This document shows, one piece after another, positions 41,521-54,185 of a stretch of 64,000 nt of DNA (positions within the stretch are counted from its first letter, which is position 1; the number at the start of each line of letters is the position of its first letter). The stretch covers positions 1,364,001 to 1,428,000 of the forward strand of contig OZ176057.1 of assembly GCA_964247055.1 (NCBI GenBank). The letters run 5' to 3'. A program made the translations under genes and the position numbers. The notes beneath the pieces are model-generated. The model did not search any database, was not told the origin of the DNA, and worked only from the letters and a program-made list of their open reading frames with translations. The DNA is from Paragordius varius. Taxonomy: Eukaryota; Animalia; Nematomorpha.

Positions 41521-44478
41521 TTTAAATTAGGAAAATTATTTTTTTTGTTTTACATTGATAACTAATATATAAATAAGTTATATCTGAGCAAACATGTATA
41601 AACGCATGTTACCGTTTTATGTTTGACATTTTATTTTCCAAATCCAACGATGTAAATTTTAACAAAAGATTGAAAAAATGATCGATATATAAAACACTTT
41701 TAAAGTATTTGAATATGCCAAATATAAATAAATTTATTTAAATTATAAATGTATAATTAAACAAAATATTCATAATATTATGTTTAAAATTAGCATTCTT
41801 CTTATTGATATTAATACAGGTAATATGTTTCTAATATTGATATACGATGCGGTGTGCGTTCATAATGATCTTATCTTAGATTGAAGAATATGAGATGCAA
41901 AAAATAATTAAATGTAGATTGAAAATTCAATCACCATCATTTTCTTGGTAGATTCTATCAACTAAAATATAAGATAGAAAGGTATTTATTAATATATTAG
42001 AAAATTGATACCTGGATGCTAGAAGTATTTTCAATTTCAAATAGTGGGGGCTAAAACACTCAAAGTTTGAAAGGGAACAAAATAAGGTTGATTTGGCATT
42101 TTAACAATTAAATTTGAAAAAAATACTTTCTTCATGATTAAAAATTAAAAAATGTACTTTGTTTTTGGGTTTTCGTTCTACTATCCTAAACTATAAATAT
42201 GAAAAAGTATTCTTCACCAAAGCGAACAATGTTAGTGTTGCCTGCTTAGTTTTTGGAGTGCTGTTGCATTCAAAGCTTTTGAAAAAAAATATTTGTTTCT
42301 ATTTTCTGTTTGACGTCATTGGTGAAATCATATAAGCCTTTTCATATTTATAGTTTAGGATAGTAGAACGAAAACGCAAAATATAAAGTATATTTTTTTA
42401 TTTTTTATCATGAAGAAAGTATTTTTTTCAAATTTAATTGTTAAAAAGCCAAATCAACCTTATTTTGTTCCCTTTCAAACTTTGAGTGTTTTAGCCCCCA
42501 CTATTTAAAATTGAAAATACTTCTAGCATCCAAGTATCAATTTTCTAATATATTAATAAATCCCTTTCTATCTTATATTTTAGTTGATAGAATCTACCAA
42601 GAAAATGATGGTGATTGAATTTTCAATCTACATTTAATTATTTTTTGCATCTCATATTCTTCAATCTAAGATAAGATCATTATGAACGCACACCGCATCG
42701 TATATCAATATTAGAAACATATTACCTGTATTAATATCAATAAGAAGAATGCTAATTTTAAACATAATATTATGAATATTTTGTTTAATTATACATTTAT
42801 AATTTAAATAAATTTATTTATATTTGGCATATTCAATTAAAAGATGTTTTATATATCGATCATTTTTTCAATCTTTTGTATAATATACATCGTTGGATTT
42901 GGAAAATAAAATGTCAAACATAAAACGGTAACATGTGTTTTTACCTGTTTGCTTAGATATAACTTATTTATATATTAGTTATCAATGTAAAACAAAAAAA
43001 ATAATTTTCCTAAAAATTTAAAAACCGCAAATGATAGTAATTTTTACCTGTATATATCAATGTATCAAAAATATATAGTAATTAATAAATTAGCAGGGTT
43101 GAACAAAAAATTAAAAATTTTATTAATTTATTAAAAACCGCAATTTTCACCTTTTTTTCCCAAAATGTTTAGTAATTAATAACAAATAACAATGATACAA
43201 AATACGAATGTTAAATTTTTACTAAATTTATTAAAAACCGTAATTTTTACCTGTATATATTATAATGTCTAAAATATGTAGTAATTAATTACAATTAAAA
43301 ATGTTAAATAAAAAAACAAAAAAATTAAATTTTTACTAAATTTGTTAAAAACCGCAATTTTTATCTGTATTTATAATAATGTCCAAAATATGTAGTAATT
43401 AATTACAATAGCAATGCAAAACCTAAAAAAACAAAAAAAAACCAAATTTTTACTAAATTCGTTAAAAACCGCAATTTTTACCTGAATTTATTTAAATGTC
43501 CAAAATATGTAGTAATTAATTACAATAACAATGCAAAACCTAAAAAAAATCTAAATTTTTACTAATGTTAAACCGCAATTTTTACCTGTATTTATAATAA
43601 TGTGTAAAATATGTAGTAATTAATTACAATTCAATGCAAAACCTAAAAAACAAAAAAACAAAACTAAATTTTTACTAAATTTATTAATAACCTCAATTTT
43701 TACCTGTATTTTTTAAAATGTCCAAAATATGTAGTAATTGATTACAATTAACAATGTTACATAAAAAAAACAAAAATAATTAAATTTAACTAAATTTAAA
43801 AACCGAATATTTACCTGATTAAAATGTCTGAAATACTTAAAATCAATAAATAACAAAGCAAAACATAAAAGACAAAAATCTACTTAAATTACAAATATAT
43901 ATTTACCTGTGTTTTTTTAATTAGTAATAACAACTATATAAAAATATAGTACCAAGATTGATTAATACAGGTATTTAGCATGTTGAAAAATATTTATTAT
44001 TAAATTTAGCAATAATTAACATAAAATTTCTTAAAATACGTATTTTACTATTTATTAATTTATCAAAGATAAAAACCCGCAAAATTCCGCATCTAAATGC
44101 GTAACAACAATATTTCAAATGTTAACATAAATAATATACTCAAAATTTAACATTACAAAATATCCATCAAATTTAAAGCCTATGTTAAATCTCACGTCTA
44201 TCCTCTTTCATATGTGTACTACGAAATAGTTTTGTGGGTCAGTATTTTACGCATTTGATAAACCATTTATGTTATTTGACTGGCAATAAAATTACTTAAC
44301 ATACATTAAAATGCATACTGTATATATACACAAATATTATATATTAACAAAGTAAAAAAAATCCAGGTTTAAAGCGAGGAAGATGATCAACACACTTAGT
44401 TCGGTGTACAAATTGCTCAAAAAATGTTTAAAATTAAAAAATGTGGATTTATATCAAAATTTTACGATTTAATAAAGC

Positions 44479-44549
44479 TTAAAATAAATTAAAAAATACA
44501 AAAATTATCGATACAGCCCGCATAGAAAGTATGGTTGGTTGTTTAAAAC
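44479..44549 (-). CDS. Terminal exon of micro-exon mucin-like gene (hydrophobic C-terminal tail)
   Basis: aaaatag|GT TTT AAA...: (S)FKQPTILSMRAVSIIFVFFNLF*; phase 1 entry matches all upstream micro-exons. Confidence 0.75.
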
Positions 44550-44872
44550 CTATTTTTGGGTTAAAGTTTTTACATAGGACATTATAAATCTACTTTTACT
44601 CTGTTTTATAATGAAAATGTGGAACTAAAGATTACCACAAAATTTTTATTGGGTATATGCGTTTAAATTTGCTGTTGATGAAATTTTATTAAAATCAATC
44701 ATATAAATTTTTTAAATTGTATTTATAATATTTTTTTCTAAATCATGTGCCTAAAACGCTAAAGTATGAATATTTTTAAATTTGGCACAATATATTAATT
44801 GTTGTTTGAGTTTAAAATAGGTGCGCGCAGGGAATTTAGAATTTGATAAAATTAAATTTTCTCGAATTAAAC

Positions 44873-44911
44873 TTGTTGTAGATTTAAATGAAGTGTTTGA
44901 AGGGGTTGTAG
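44873..44911 (-). CDS. Micro-exon, 39 nt, (T)TTPSNTSFKSTT
   Basis: tatttag|CT...ACA A|gtttaa; phase 1-1. Confidence 0.85.
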
Positions 44912-45059
44912 CTAAATAATATTAAAAAACAGGATTAAAATAGTTTTATGGATTGCAATTATTATTAAAATTTAGTTTACAACTAAAAAAAATCCGGTAG
45001 GTAATTTTTAATACATTTTTTATATTGAAATAATAATAATTTTATTAAAAAAATATAAC

Positions 45060-45086
45060 TTGGAAGTTGAGTTGTCAAGGTGGCAT
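45060..45086 (-). CDS. Micro-exon, 27 nt, (N)ATLTTQLP
   Basis: attacag|AT...CCA A|gttata; phase 1-1. Confidence 0.82.
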
Positions 45087-46081
45087 CTGTAATAAAGTTT
45101 TTTTTAAAAAATCAATATATATAAATAATAATTTTTTAAACTCCAAATGTTTTTTTTCAGAATAATTATTAAATAAAGTTGTTTTTGTCGCTTTTTCTTG
45201 TTATCAGCGTATGATTAATTTATTTTGCTGTATATGCCAACACCATGACTAATGAAAACGGACAATGTATATTTTCTCACACTGCATTCCAAAATAAACT
45301 TCTTTTTATATTAATAAATTTTAGCATTATCATTTAATCCATTACAAGATTCTCAAAAGATAGGAAAAAAATATAAAATATATGAATATTCCCGGTATCT
45401 AGGCAAAAGCTTTATTGACCCATTTTTGATTAGCCGATGGGTAAGGCAAACTATGTTAAATATGCCAACCATATAAAAAACATATTATGGGTAGGACTTT
45501 TCACTTAGTTTAGAATATATATGATAGGGCAAAATTTGCCAATGTTTCAATTTGATTAATATAAACATGACATGTCTTTATTTGACTAAGTTATACCATT
45601 GGGGTAATGATGGTTTTAATTATATAGAAAAAAATAGTTGAGGGCTCCTTTCAAATAAACTGGGCAAGGGTCCCTGTAATAAATTACGCCACCATATAAA
45701 TTATGTATTAGCTTTAGAGCGAATTTTTGATGCTAGGAGATTAATTTTGACAACTCATTTTTGACTTGCTGAGCATCCAATTTTAAATACGTCAGCCCAT
45801 ACAATAAATTAAGATGAATTTAAAACAACCGTGAAAATATACGAGAAACCTTATAGATTCAATAAGGATTATGCAGTATTTCCCACTTTGAGAAAATGCA
45901 ATACATACATAAAGTATGATAAAGACAAAATTTTTAGTCAAAAGATAATCAGACCTTTTTAAAGTTTAACTATTTTATTTATAATTGTGCCAAAATTTAC
46001 ATCTCTATTTATACTTAAATAGTATGCTTGGATTTCGTTTAAAATATATTATGTTAAATATAATTTCCACAAATAAAAAAC

Positions 46082-46117
46082 TTGTAGATGGTTCATCTGT
46101 AGTTTGAGTGGTAGTAC
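46082..46117 (-). pseudogene. Micro-exon with mutated acceptor, 36 nt, (S)TTTQTTDEPST
   Basis: Same family and donor ACA A|gttttt, but the acceptor reads ttttat|GT instead of ttttag|GT. Confidence 0.65.
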
Positions 46118-46239
46118 ATAAAATTTGAGAAGTTATAAAACTTACAGTAAAAATTTAAAATAAGCCAAAATGTAAAAACAAACAAATTTTTTGAAAAAAC
46201 AACCATATTTTTTTAACCTTCAAAAATATGCTTTCTTAA

Positions 46240-46630
46240 GGCTTTTAGGCGCATTACAAATTTTTTTTAAAAAATATTGTATAAAAATACTCATCTCAAA
46301 CATTTTTGCCGCCATTTTTTTTCGCTAACAGACAAATAAATGTATATTATGCTTCAAAAGTGTAAATAATTTTTAAAAAGCTTGACTACATTTTACCAAC
46401 AAAAAAAGTTTTATTTTAATTATAATATCAGCTGTTAGTTTCATTCGTATTTTGTAACGTCCCCATTATAGCTAGAAGTCAAAAAACTGTAATAAAATAA
46501 TCTTTTTTCTTCAAATGAGAAAAGTTTTTGATAATTAAATTTTGAAAAAAATAACTATAAATAGTTTATGAAATTAAGCTCACGGATACAAAACTAACCC
46601 AAAAGTTAAACTAGAGTAAAAAAGTGAAAA
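46240..46630. repeat. Dispersed ~400-bp repeat family copy (probable MITE)
   Basis: Shares ggcgcatta(t)acaaatttt..gccgccat..cagctgtt..aaaactaccc..aaaagtgaaa with ~52520-52945, ~56320-56735 and an inverted copy at ~34745-35160; boundaries approximate. Confidence 0.55.
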
Positions 46631-47322
46631 GGTAATAAAGTAGTGACTATTTGTTTACAATTTTTGATTAATGTTACCAATTTAAATTTTCAATTTTGCA
46701 GCTCGTTATGTTTAAATAGGATTGAGAAACTTTGTTGTCTTTTCAATAATGTAAGTTAATGTGACCAGATCGGCTGTTTTTCGCAGTACAGTACTGAATT
46801 TTCAGAAAAAAAACTGCGACTGTACTGCGCCCACTTTTATACTGCTTTTTGAAATTAAAAAAATCAATTTTTATAAATATATATTAATTACCTTTTATTT
46901 ATTCAAAAAAATTATTTTAGAATTTGATATAGTATCCACTGTAAAATAACCTCATAATTTGTAAAGAAAATGTTCATTTTTCGGTAAAAAACTAAGATTG
47001 GCCTATTTTTAATCGGTTAATATTTATTTTCTGCTCGAATTTACATAAAATTGGATTTTGGATCGGTCAGTCTGCTTATGATCAGCCTTTCGCGCAGTGG
47101 CGAAACTATAAATTACGGGCTCCACAGTAAGATTCAGGTAATGGCTCTTTCACCCAGGGCTTTCAAAAGAGGTGCCTCAAAATTTAATTAAAAAATAAAA
47201 TAATGATATTTTAATAAATGTTTTAATAAGTTTAGAAAGTTCATTTTTTATTATAATTATCAAACGGAAAATTGTGTAGAAATTGTTATTCCTGTAACAT
47301 TTTATTTAAAATTTATTAAATA

Positions 47323-49104
47323 CTAGCGTAAATCTCGTGCTGCTACGCAGCCCGAGGAAGTCCTTCGGACTTCTGGGGGGGTGGGTTATTTGGAAAAAAG
47401 GGACAATAAAATGATCCACATATGTGGATTATTTCGAAACATTATTTAATAGCTATGATCTCATAGGAATTATACGGTGCATTCATACATTGATTGTTTA
47501 CTTGAGGGAAAAATAGATTTAAAAAAATATTTATACGTATGATAGAAAGTCCTTACTCAGCAGCTATCATCATAGAAACGCTTGACTAAAATTTTTGCCT
47601 TTTAACAGGGAATATGTAGAATCCTTAATGAATTTTTACGGTCTCATACCTAGGGCGAAAAATCGATTTAAAAAATTATTTTTGTGGACTTTGTTTTTTG
47701 AAAAAAATGGCATTTTACCGGGGGAGCGGGTAAAAAGAGGGCCTAAATCAAAAAAGTGACTCGACTATGTTCGACGCAATCGAAAATAAGTAAACAAAAA
47801 TTATATTTGAAATTGAATGGTCCAACACGTTCTCCGGAAAATTGTCTCAAAGACACGATTTTTGTGGACTTCTGTTTTCAAAAATAACCCGTTTTTCACA
47901 CGGGGTGGGCCCGAACTCGGGGCCTATTTGAAAAAAAGGGCGAAGCTATTGTCGGAGCATTCATTAATGATTATATTTTTTCGAAGTTTGGATTTGAATG
48001 GCTGTACCAGATCACAAAGCCAGCATTTTCCATTTTTATAACTATATAGATTACCATAAATAATGTATTAATATCCATATATCTTTTAACATGCTATACA
48101 TATGATAGATACTCCTTACTCAGCATCTATCATCAAAGAAACGCTTGACTAAAATTGTTGCCTTTTAACAGGCAATACGGTAAAACCTTCTCGAATTTTT
48201 AGAGTCTCATACCTTGGGTAAAAAAAATACAATGAAAAAATTATTTTTGTGGACGTTTTTTTTGAAAAAATGACATTTTACGGGGGTAGCGGGTAAAAAG
48301 AGGGCCTAAATCAAAAAAGTGAGTAGTCTAAGTTCAGCGCGATCAAAAATAAGTAAACAAAAATCATATATGAAATTGAATGGTCCAACACGTTCTCCAA
48401 AAAATTGACTCAACCCATTTTTCACACGGGGTGGGCCCGAACTGGGGACTTAATTCCAAAAAAGGGCGAAGCTATTGTCGGGGCATTCATTAATGATTAT
48501 ATTTTTTCGATGTTCGGATTTGATTGGGTTCACCGGTTTTCCGGAAACAGATCACAAAGTTACATGAAAAATCGGTTTTTAACGGGTAGCTCATTACCCA
48601 GCAGCTATCATCATAGAAACGCTTGACTAAAATTTTTGCCTTTTAACAGGGAATATGTAGAATCCTTAATGAATTTTTACGGTCTCATACCTAGGGCGAA
48701 AAATCGATTTAAAAAATTATTTTTGTGGACTTTGTTTTTTGAAAAAAATGGCATTTTACGGGGGGAGCGGGTAAAAAGAGGGCCTAAATCAAAAAAGTGA
48801 CTCGACTATGTTCGGCGCAATCGAAAATAAGTAAACAAAAATTATATTTGAAATTGAATGGTCCAACACGTTCTCCGGAAAATTGTCTCAAAGACACGAT
48901 TTTTGTGGACTTCTGTTATCAAAAAAAAACCGTTTTTCACACGGGGTGGGCCCGAACTGGGGGCCTATTTGAAAAAAGGGCGAAGCTATTGTCGGGGCAT
49001 TCATTAATGATTATATTTTTTCGAAGTTTGGATTTTAATGGGTCTACCGGCTTTCCTGTACCAGATCACAAAGCCAGCATTTTCCATTTTTATAAATATA
49101 TAGA
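47323..49104 (-). mobile_element. Non-autonomous Helitron with internal ~500-bp triplication
   Basis: Minus strand: A|TCTATATATTT 5' end at 49104; 3' end CTCGGGCTGC-GTA-GCAGCACGAG hairpin then CTAG|T at 47323; A-T insertion site. Repeated units at ~47550, ~48110 and ~48590. Confidence 0.82.
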
Positions 49105-50330
49105 TTAAATTATATTAAATTTCAATTAACAACAAATTCTATATAATTAACAATATTGTACAAGTAATTGAAATAAAATGGATAAAAAGCTTATTTTTTG
49201 AGTTACTATAGAGCCTTCTCAACACGTATTAAGATGTATGATTTTAATTTTGGATAGGGCCTTATTTAAAAATAGTGGTAATCTACTCTATATGGCTAAA
49301 CTTTACACACGAGGGAGGGCAAGTGTAAATGCAAAATGTTTTTGATATTAATCAGCCATGATGACATATGATTTCAAAATAACCCTTTTTTCCTATTAAA
49401 AAAATAAGAGTTTTTTACGTTTTCTACATTCATTAGGTGAAAGGAATTATATTTCTTAATACTTTTCCTAAACTTTAATTTTTATTAGTTTTTTTATTTT
49501 TAGCATAAACAAATTTGAGATATTTTGTTACTAAGGCTTTAAGATAAAACAAAACCATTTTTCTAAATTCGATGATTGTGAACTTTACTGAAGTTTCAGA
49601 ATTTTAATTTAAAGGTTGGTTGCAAATTTAGGTGAATTTTTATAAAAAACATAATTTTTATTTAATATAAATTTGAAAACGAACGAATTTAATCGAAATT
49701 CTAATAGAAAGGCTTATCGAATTATATATATAAAATGTTATGACATCTCAACCCATCATATCCATCATGCTCAAAATAGTATGAAATATGCTTCAACAAA
49801 AATTAGATTTTTGAAAGTATGCATTTTTTAATATATTTTGATATCAAAAATTAGCACATATTTAAAATTATTGCACAATGTCGGAATTTTTGCGTTTATT
49901 TTAAGAGATCAGTCCATTTTAAAAGAGCCAAAAAATTTGGGATTTTCAGAGCCCCATATAAAAATTTAAAATTTTTAAAAATATTGTTTTGCTTTTTATA
50001 TGTAGTTTATGTTATATTTTAGTGATATTTTTTAAAATAAAGCATTTAGCCTTCACCAAAAAAATGTTTGAAAAAATTGCGCACTTTTTGCAATTTTATA
50101 CGGAGCACCTACCACAAAAGTGTAAATAACTTTCTTTAATAATCGTAAAGGTTATAACCAAAAGCACCATAAAAATCCTGTTTTCTTATCAGAATATATA
50201 TGTGTTCATATAATAATTCATCATAATATCTTTTTGTAGAAACTGTAATATACCACACCGATGGTGTACAAACAATCAAAGTATGTTTTAATTCTGTACT
50301 GGTCAAGGTTCAAAATATCTGGTCACATTA

Positions 50331-52278
50331 CAGTCATGTCTATAGAATTGTCATAAATTTTTATTTAAATGATTATAATTTTTTTTTAATTGTTTTGATG
50401 TTTGATATGTCAACTTTCAACATGCGCATTTTTAAGCCTTAAAATAATAATAGCCTATTTAGTGTAAGAATTTTTAATTTATAATTAAAAGATGTTGCAA
50501 AATATTATTCTTGAACATTTTATCTACAACATGCGCATGTAATTTATGATAACCAAGTTTAATATATGTTTTCATTTTCTAGGCGTTTTTAACATGCACT
50601 TAAAATATATAAGAAAACCCAAGCAGATGTCCATTTAATCTCTATATATATAAAGAAATAAATCATAAATATAGAGTTATTTTAAAAAATTATGAATATC
50701 AACGATAACCCATTATTTCTTCTTTACTCGGCAGCTAGTATACTTGAAGGTTTATATTAAAAAATAAAAATTCAGAACGAAATCCAATATTAAAGGAAAA
50801 CATAGCTCCCTCAGTTTATACTTTTGAATCGGATACAAGTGAAGAGTCTTCAAGTATTTGAAAATAACAATTAGTAGTATCTGATTTGGATGTTCCATTG
50901 AATGAAAATGAATTATCTCGTGAAAAAATAAAACATAAAAGTATTAATATTTTTAAATTTTAGAACATTTGGAATAAGGAAAAAATAGATAGAGCTAAAA
51001 AATTATTTTTTGATCCAAAAAATTTGGAAAAACCCTCAAATTATTTTTTGGATTATTTTGATATTAACATCTATAAATATATAAAGAAGAAAAATAATTC
51101 TTGGAAATTTTACTGATAGAAATAAATCTGGTCGGCGTAACAAATTCAGAAATCCAGAAATAATAGATGCTGTCAAAACATTAGTAAACAATGATTGTGA
51201 ATTAACAATCGATGAAATAATGGAACAAATACCAGACCATATTAAAGTATGCAGAACAACTATTTACAAAATTCTCTCGGATTCAGAAATTACTCGAAAG
51301 AGGTGTATTTTACAACCTCGGGAACGAAACACCCCAGAGAATATAGAAAAGCGTTATAATTATGCCAGATTGGTGAAAGATATTCCACAGGAAAAAGTTT
51401 TTTTATTGATGAGTCAGGCTTCAGTTTGAAACTTACAAATATATGGGGTAGAGCTCCAAAGGGCAAATCTCCTATTGTAGAGGGATTTAACAAAGGTAAA
51501 ATTTGAATTTATTTTAGGAAAAAATGTTTCATTGATATGTATGATTGGTTGTCAGGGAGTTATTAATTACAGAACAAAAGAAGGCGCCTTTAGAGGCGAT
51601 GATTTTCGAATTTTTTTGACGGAATGTTTAACAAGAATTCCTGAAAGTTCAATAATAGTTTGCGATAATGCACCTATTCACAAAGCCGCGGTGTTAGGTG
51701 AGCTAAGGAATAAAATTGTTTATTTACCTCCTTATTCGCCGCAACTCAATCTCATTGAATGTTTTTTTCATGAGATTAAACATCAATATGATAAAAAACC
51801 CCGGTGTAGTACCCCTCTAGAGCAACATAATAAAATTGCAAGACTTTGCGAAGAGAGAAGGGAAAAAAATCTAAAAAATTATTATAATTTTTCTTCACAT
51901 ATTTTGTTGGAATGTATGCAAAGAAAACCCCTAGAAAATGAAAACAATTATAAATTTATTTAAATATTATAATCAATAAATATTTTTATCTTTTAAATTA
52001 TATTTTAGTTATGTGTGTTTAAACTTTATTAATAAAATTTTATAATTAATATTTTACAAAAGATAAAAATTACAATATGCGCATGTTGTGCATCAAGAAT
52101 AATATTTTGCAATATCTTTTAATTATAAATTAAAAATTCTTACAATAAATAGGCTACTATTATTTTAAGGCTTAAAAATGCGCATGTTGAAAGTTGACAT
52201 GTCAAACATCAAAACAATTAAAAAAAAATTATAATCATTTAAATACGAATTTCTGACAATTCTATATAGACATGACTG
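50331..52278 (+). mobile_element. IS630/Tc1-like element with ~195-bp TIRs
   Basis: TA|cagtcatgtcta ... tagacatgactg|TA; transposase motifs IDESGF, CDNAPIH and LPPYSPQLNLIECFF. Confidence 0.92.
50692..51963 (+). pseudogene. IS630/Tc1-like transposase with four putative 21-26-nt introns and frameshifts
   Basis: ATG at 50692; GT-AG segments 50750-50775, 50854-50874, 50941-50963 and 51496-51518 each carry an in-frame stop; extra frameshifts near 51080 and 51400. Confidence 0.75.
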
Positions 52279-52354
52279 TAATGTAAGTGATAATAATTTA
52301 ATTAAACAATTTAAACAAATAAAAAACTGTGGTATAAAATTTCATATAATAAAC

Positions 52355-52387
52355 TTGTAGGTTTCGCAGTTGATATTTGTGTTGTGA
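52355..52387 (-). CDS. Micro-exon, 33 nt, (I)TTQISTAKPT
   Basis: taattag|TC...ACA A|gtttat; phase 1-1. Confidence 0.85.
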
Positions 52388-53154
52388 CTAATTAAAAAGA
52401 ATTAAATTTTTTATGAATTATATAATTAAAATAACATAATGACACTTCCGTGACCTTTTTGAGTAATATTAGAGTTTAAATTTGAATATCTTGAAAATAA
52501 AGTATAGCCGATATATAATTTCTTTAGCCTTGGCGCATTATACAAATTTTTTATAAAAAATTGTGAAATTGTAAAAAATCCTTATTTCATTCGCCGCCAT
52601 GTTTTTCAAATAATTTTTTTAAATCGCTGCAACAGGCAAACAAATGTTAATCAAGGTTAGAAAATGTACAAAAAATATAAGAACTTTCAGTCTAAATTCT
52701 ACGAGCAAAAATTTGATATATTTTGATTATCAGCTGTTCATATGAATCGTGTTTTGCTGTCTTAATTTTAGACTCTAGAAGTCACTACAAAAATATAAGC
52801 GTTTTTATCTAATACATGAGAACAATGTTTGATAGTTATAATTTAACTATAATAACTTTCAAAAGAGTAAACTATTCACAAAATTGAGCTCTGGGATTAA
52901 AACTACCCCAATACGTCAACTAGGACAAAAAAGTGAAAAAATGAAGTGTGACAAAATATTTTTATATGGTATTATCACAAATATTTAGCTTATTTTTATC
53001 AAAGTTGAATTACCTAATAAAAAGCATCCCATAAAACTAAAAAGTTTTTAGCAATCGACACTACAAGGAGAGAAAATGATTTTTTGCTTGCTTAAAAACG
53101 CTATAAAGTCATTATATTTTAGTAAAATTATATTTTAATTTTTTAAATTTAAAC

Positions 53155-53196
53155 TTGTTGTGGACTGTTCTGTGGTTATTGTTGAATGAGTAGTGG
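53155..53196 (-). CDS. Micro-exon, 42 nt, (T)TTHSTITTEQSTT
   Basis: tatattag|CC...ACA A|gtttaa; phase 1-1. Confidence 0.87.
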
Positions 53197-53322
53197 CTAA
53201 TATAAAAATTGAAAAAAACAACGTACAAATAAATGTTATAAAAAATTATAAATTTAAAAATAAATTATTACATTTATCGAATATCATAAAGTTATATATT
53301 TCCGTATAAAATATAAAATAAC

Positions 53323-53340
53323 TTGTTGACCGTGATGCAG
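53323..53340 (-). CDS. Micro-exon, 18 nt, (T)ASRST
   Basis: attttag|CT...ACA A|gttatt; flank homologous to that of the 57396 exon. Confidence 0.7.
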
Positions 53341-53617
53341 CTAAAATAATTATTAAAAATATATTTTTTAATTTTGTCGGAATAATCGTTTTTATCTTGA
53401 TTTATTAAATTCTGAGGTTAAGTCTGTTTTAAATAAATGAAACGATATAATAGTTTATATAAAATAGCATTCATAACAACCCTGTAAACTATTTTTAATC
53501 CAAAAAATGATTTAAGAAGGTAAAAATGTGAAATAATAGACAAAAGGTTAAAAAATACAAATATTTTTTAGAAAAGACAGCCATTTTTCCAACCTTAAAT
53601 TTTCCCATATATATTAA

Positions 53618-54185
53618 CACTTCGATTGGGGTATCTAAATAGCCCAGACTAAATTTGAGTTAGGATTTTCAAAAAACTACTAAAGGAAACGGTCCCAATT
53701 TAAATTTATGCTTCTATCCTAATCAAAATTATATAAATATGCCAAAATATCTAAATAAAATTTTGTTTTGAAAAAAAAGTTCCATGTCAAACTACTTCGA
53801 CGCCATTTTTATTTTGCAAATTTTTTGCAAAATATCGTCTTCATTTAATTTTAAGGGTAAAATTAAAGCTTAACTCTTATTTAAATTACATTTAACATTG
53901 ATAAAAATAGAAAAAGCGGTTTATTTTGTATTATTTTTAATTTTACTATTGCACACATATCACGTTGACTAAATTTTTACATTTCGGTTTTAGCTTAAAA
54001 TAAGTAATATCAGGTATTTTTGAATAAATTTTTTATATATTTCCGTTAGTTTATATAAGTGCAAAGTTTTGCCAAGGTTTCGATTCCTTCCATATTTTTT
54101 AAAGAATTTAATTTTAAACACTCCTGGGGTATTTAACTACCCCAATTTGAATGAAGGACTAAAATGAATGTGTTGTATCTAAGTG
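53618..54185. mobile_element. piggyBac-like MITE in micro-exon gene intron
   Basis: TTAA at 53614-17 and 54186-89; homologous to 20151-20731. Confidence 0.8.

Larger units (their letters stand above)
38002..44320. mobile_element. Giant TA-flanked palindromic (foldback) element
   Basis: TA|cagtatgcatttt ... aaaatgcatactg|TA; 38002-38086 plus 39835-~42218 mirrors ~42321-44320 around a ~100-bp loop. Confidence 0.88.

Noticed and set aside
40250-43830. Regularly spaced repeats resembling a CRISPR array
   Set aside because: Eukaryotic context, no unique spacers, units are degenerate tandem copies mirrored in a palindrome, no cas genes.
47817-49108. Three similar plus-strand ORFs with HTGWART/KRAKLLS motifs
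   Set aside because: They lie in the Helitron's internal repeats, use different frames and have no Rep/helicase motifs.
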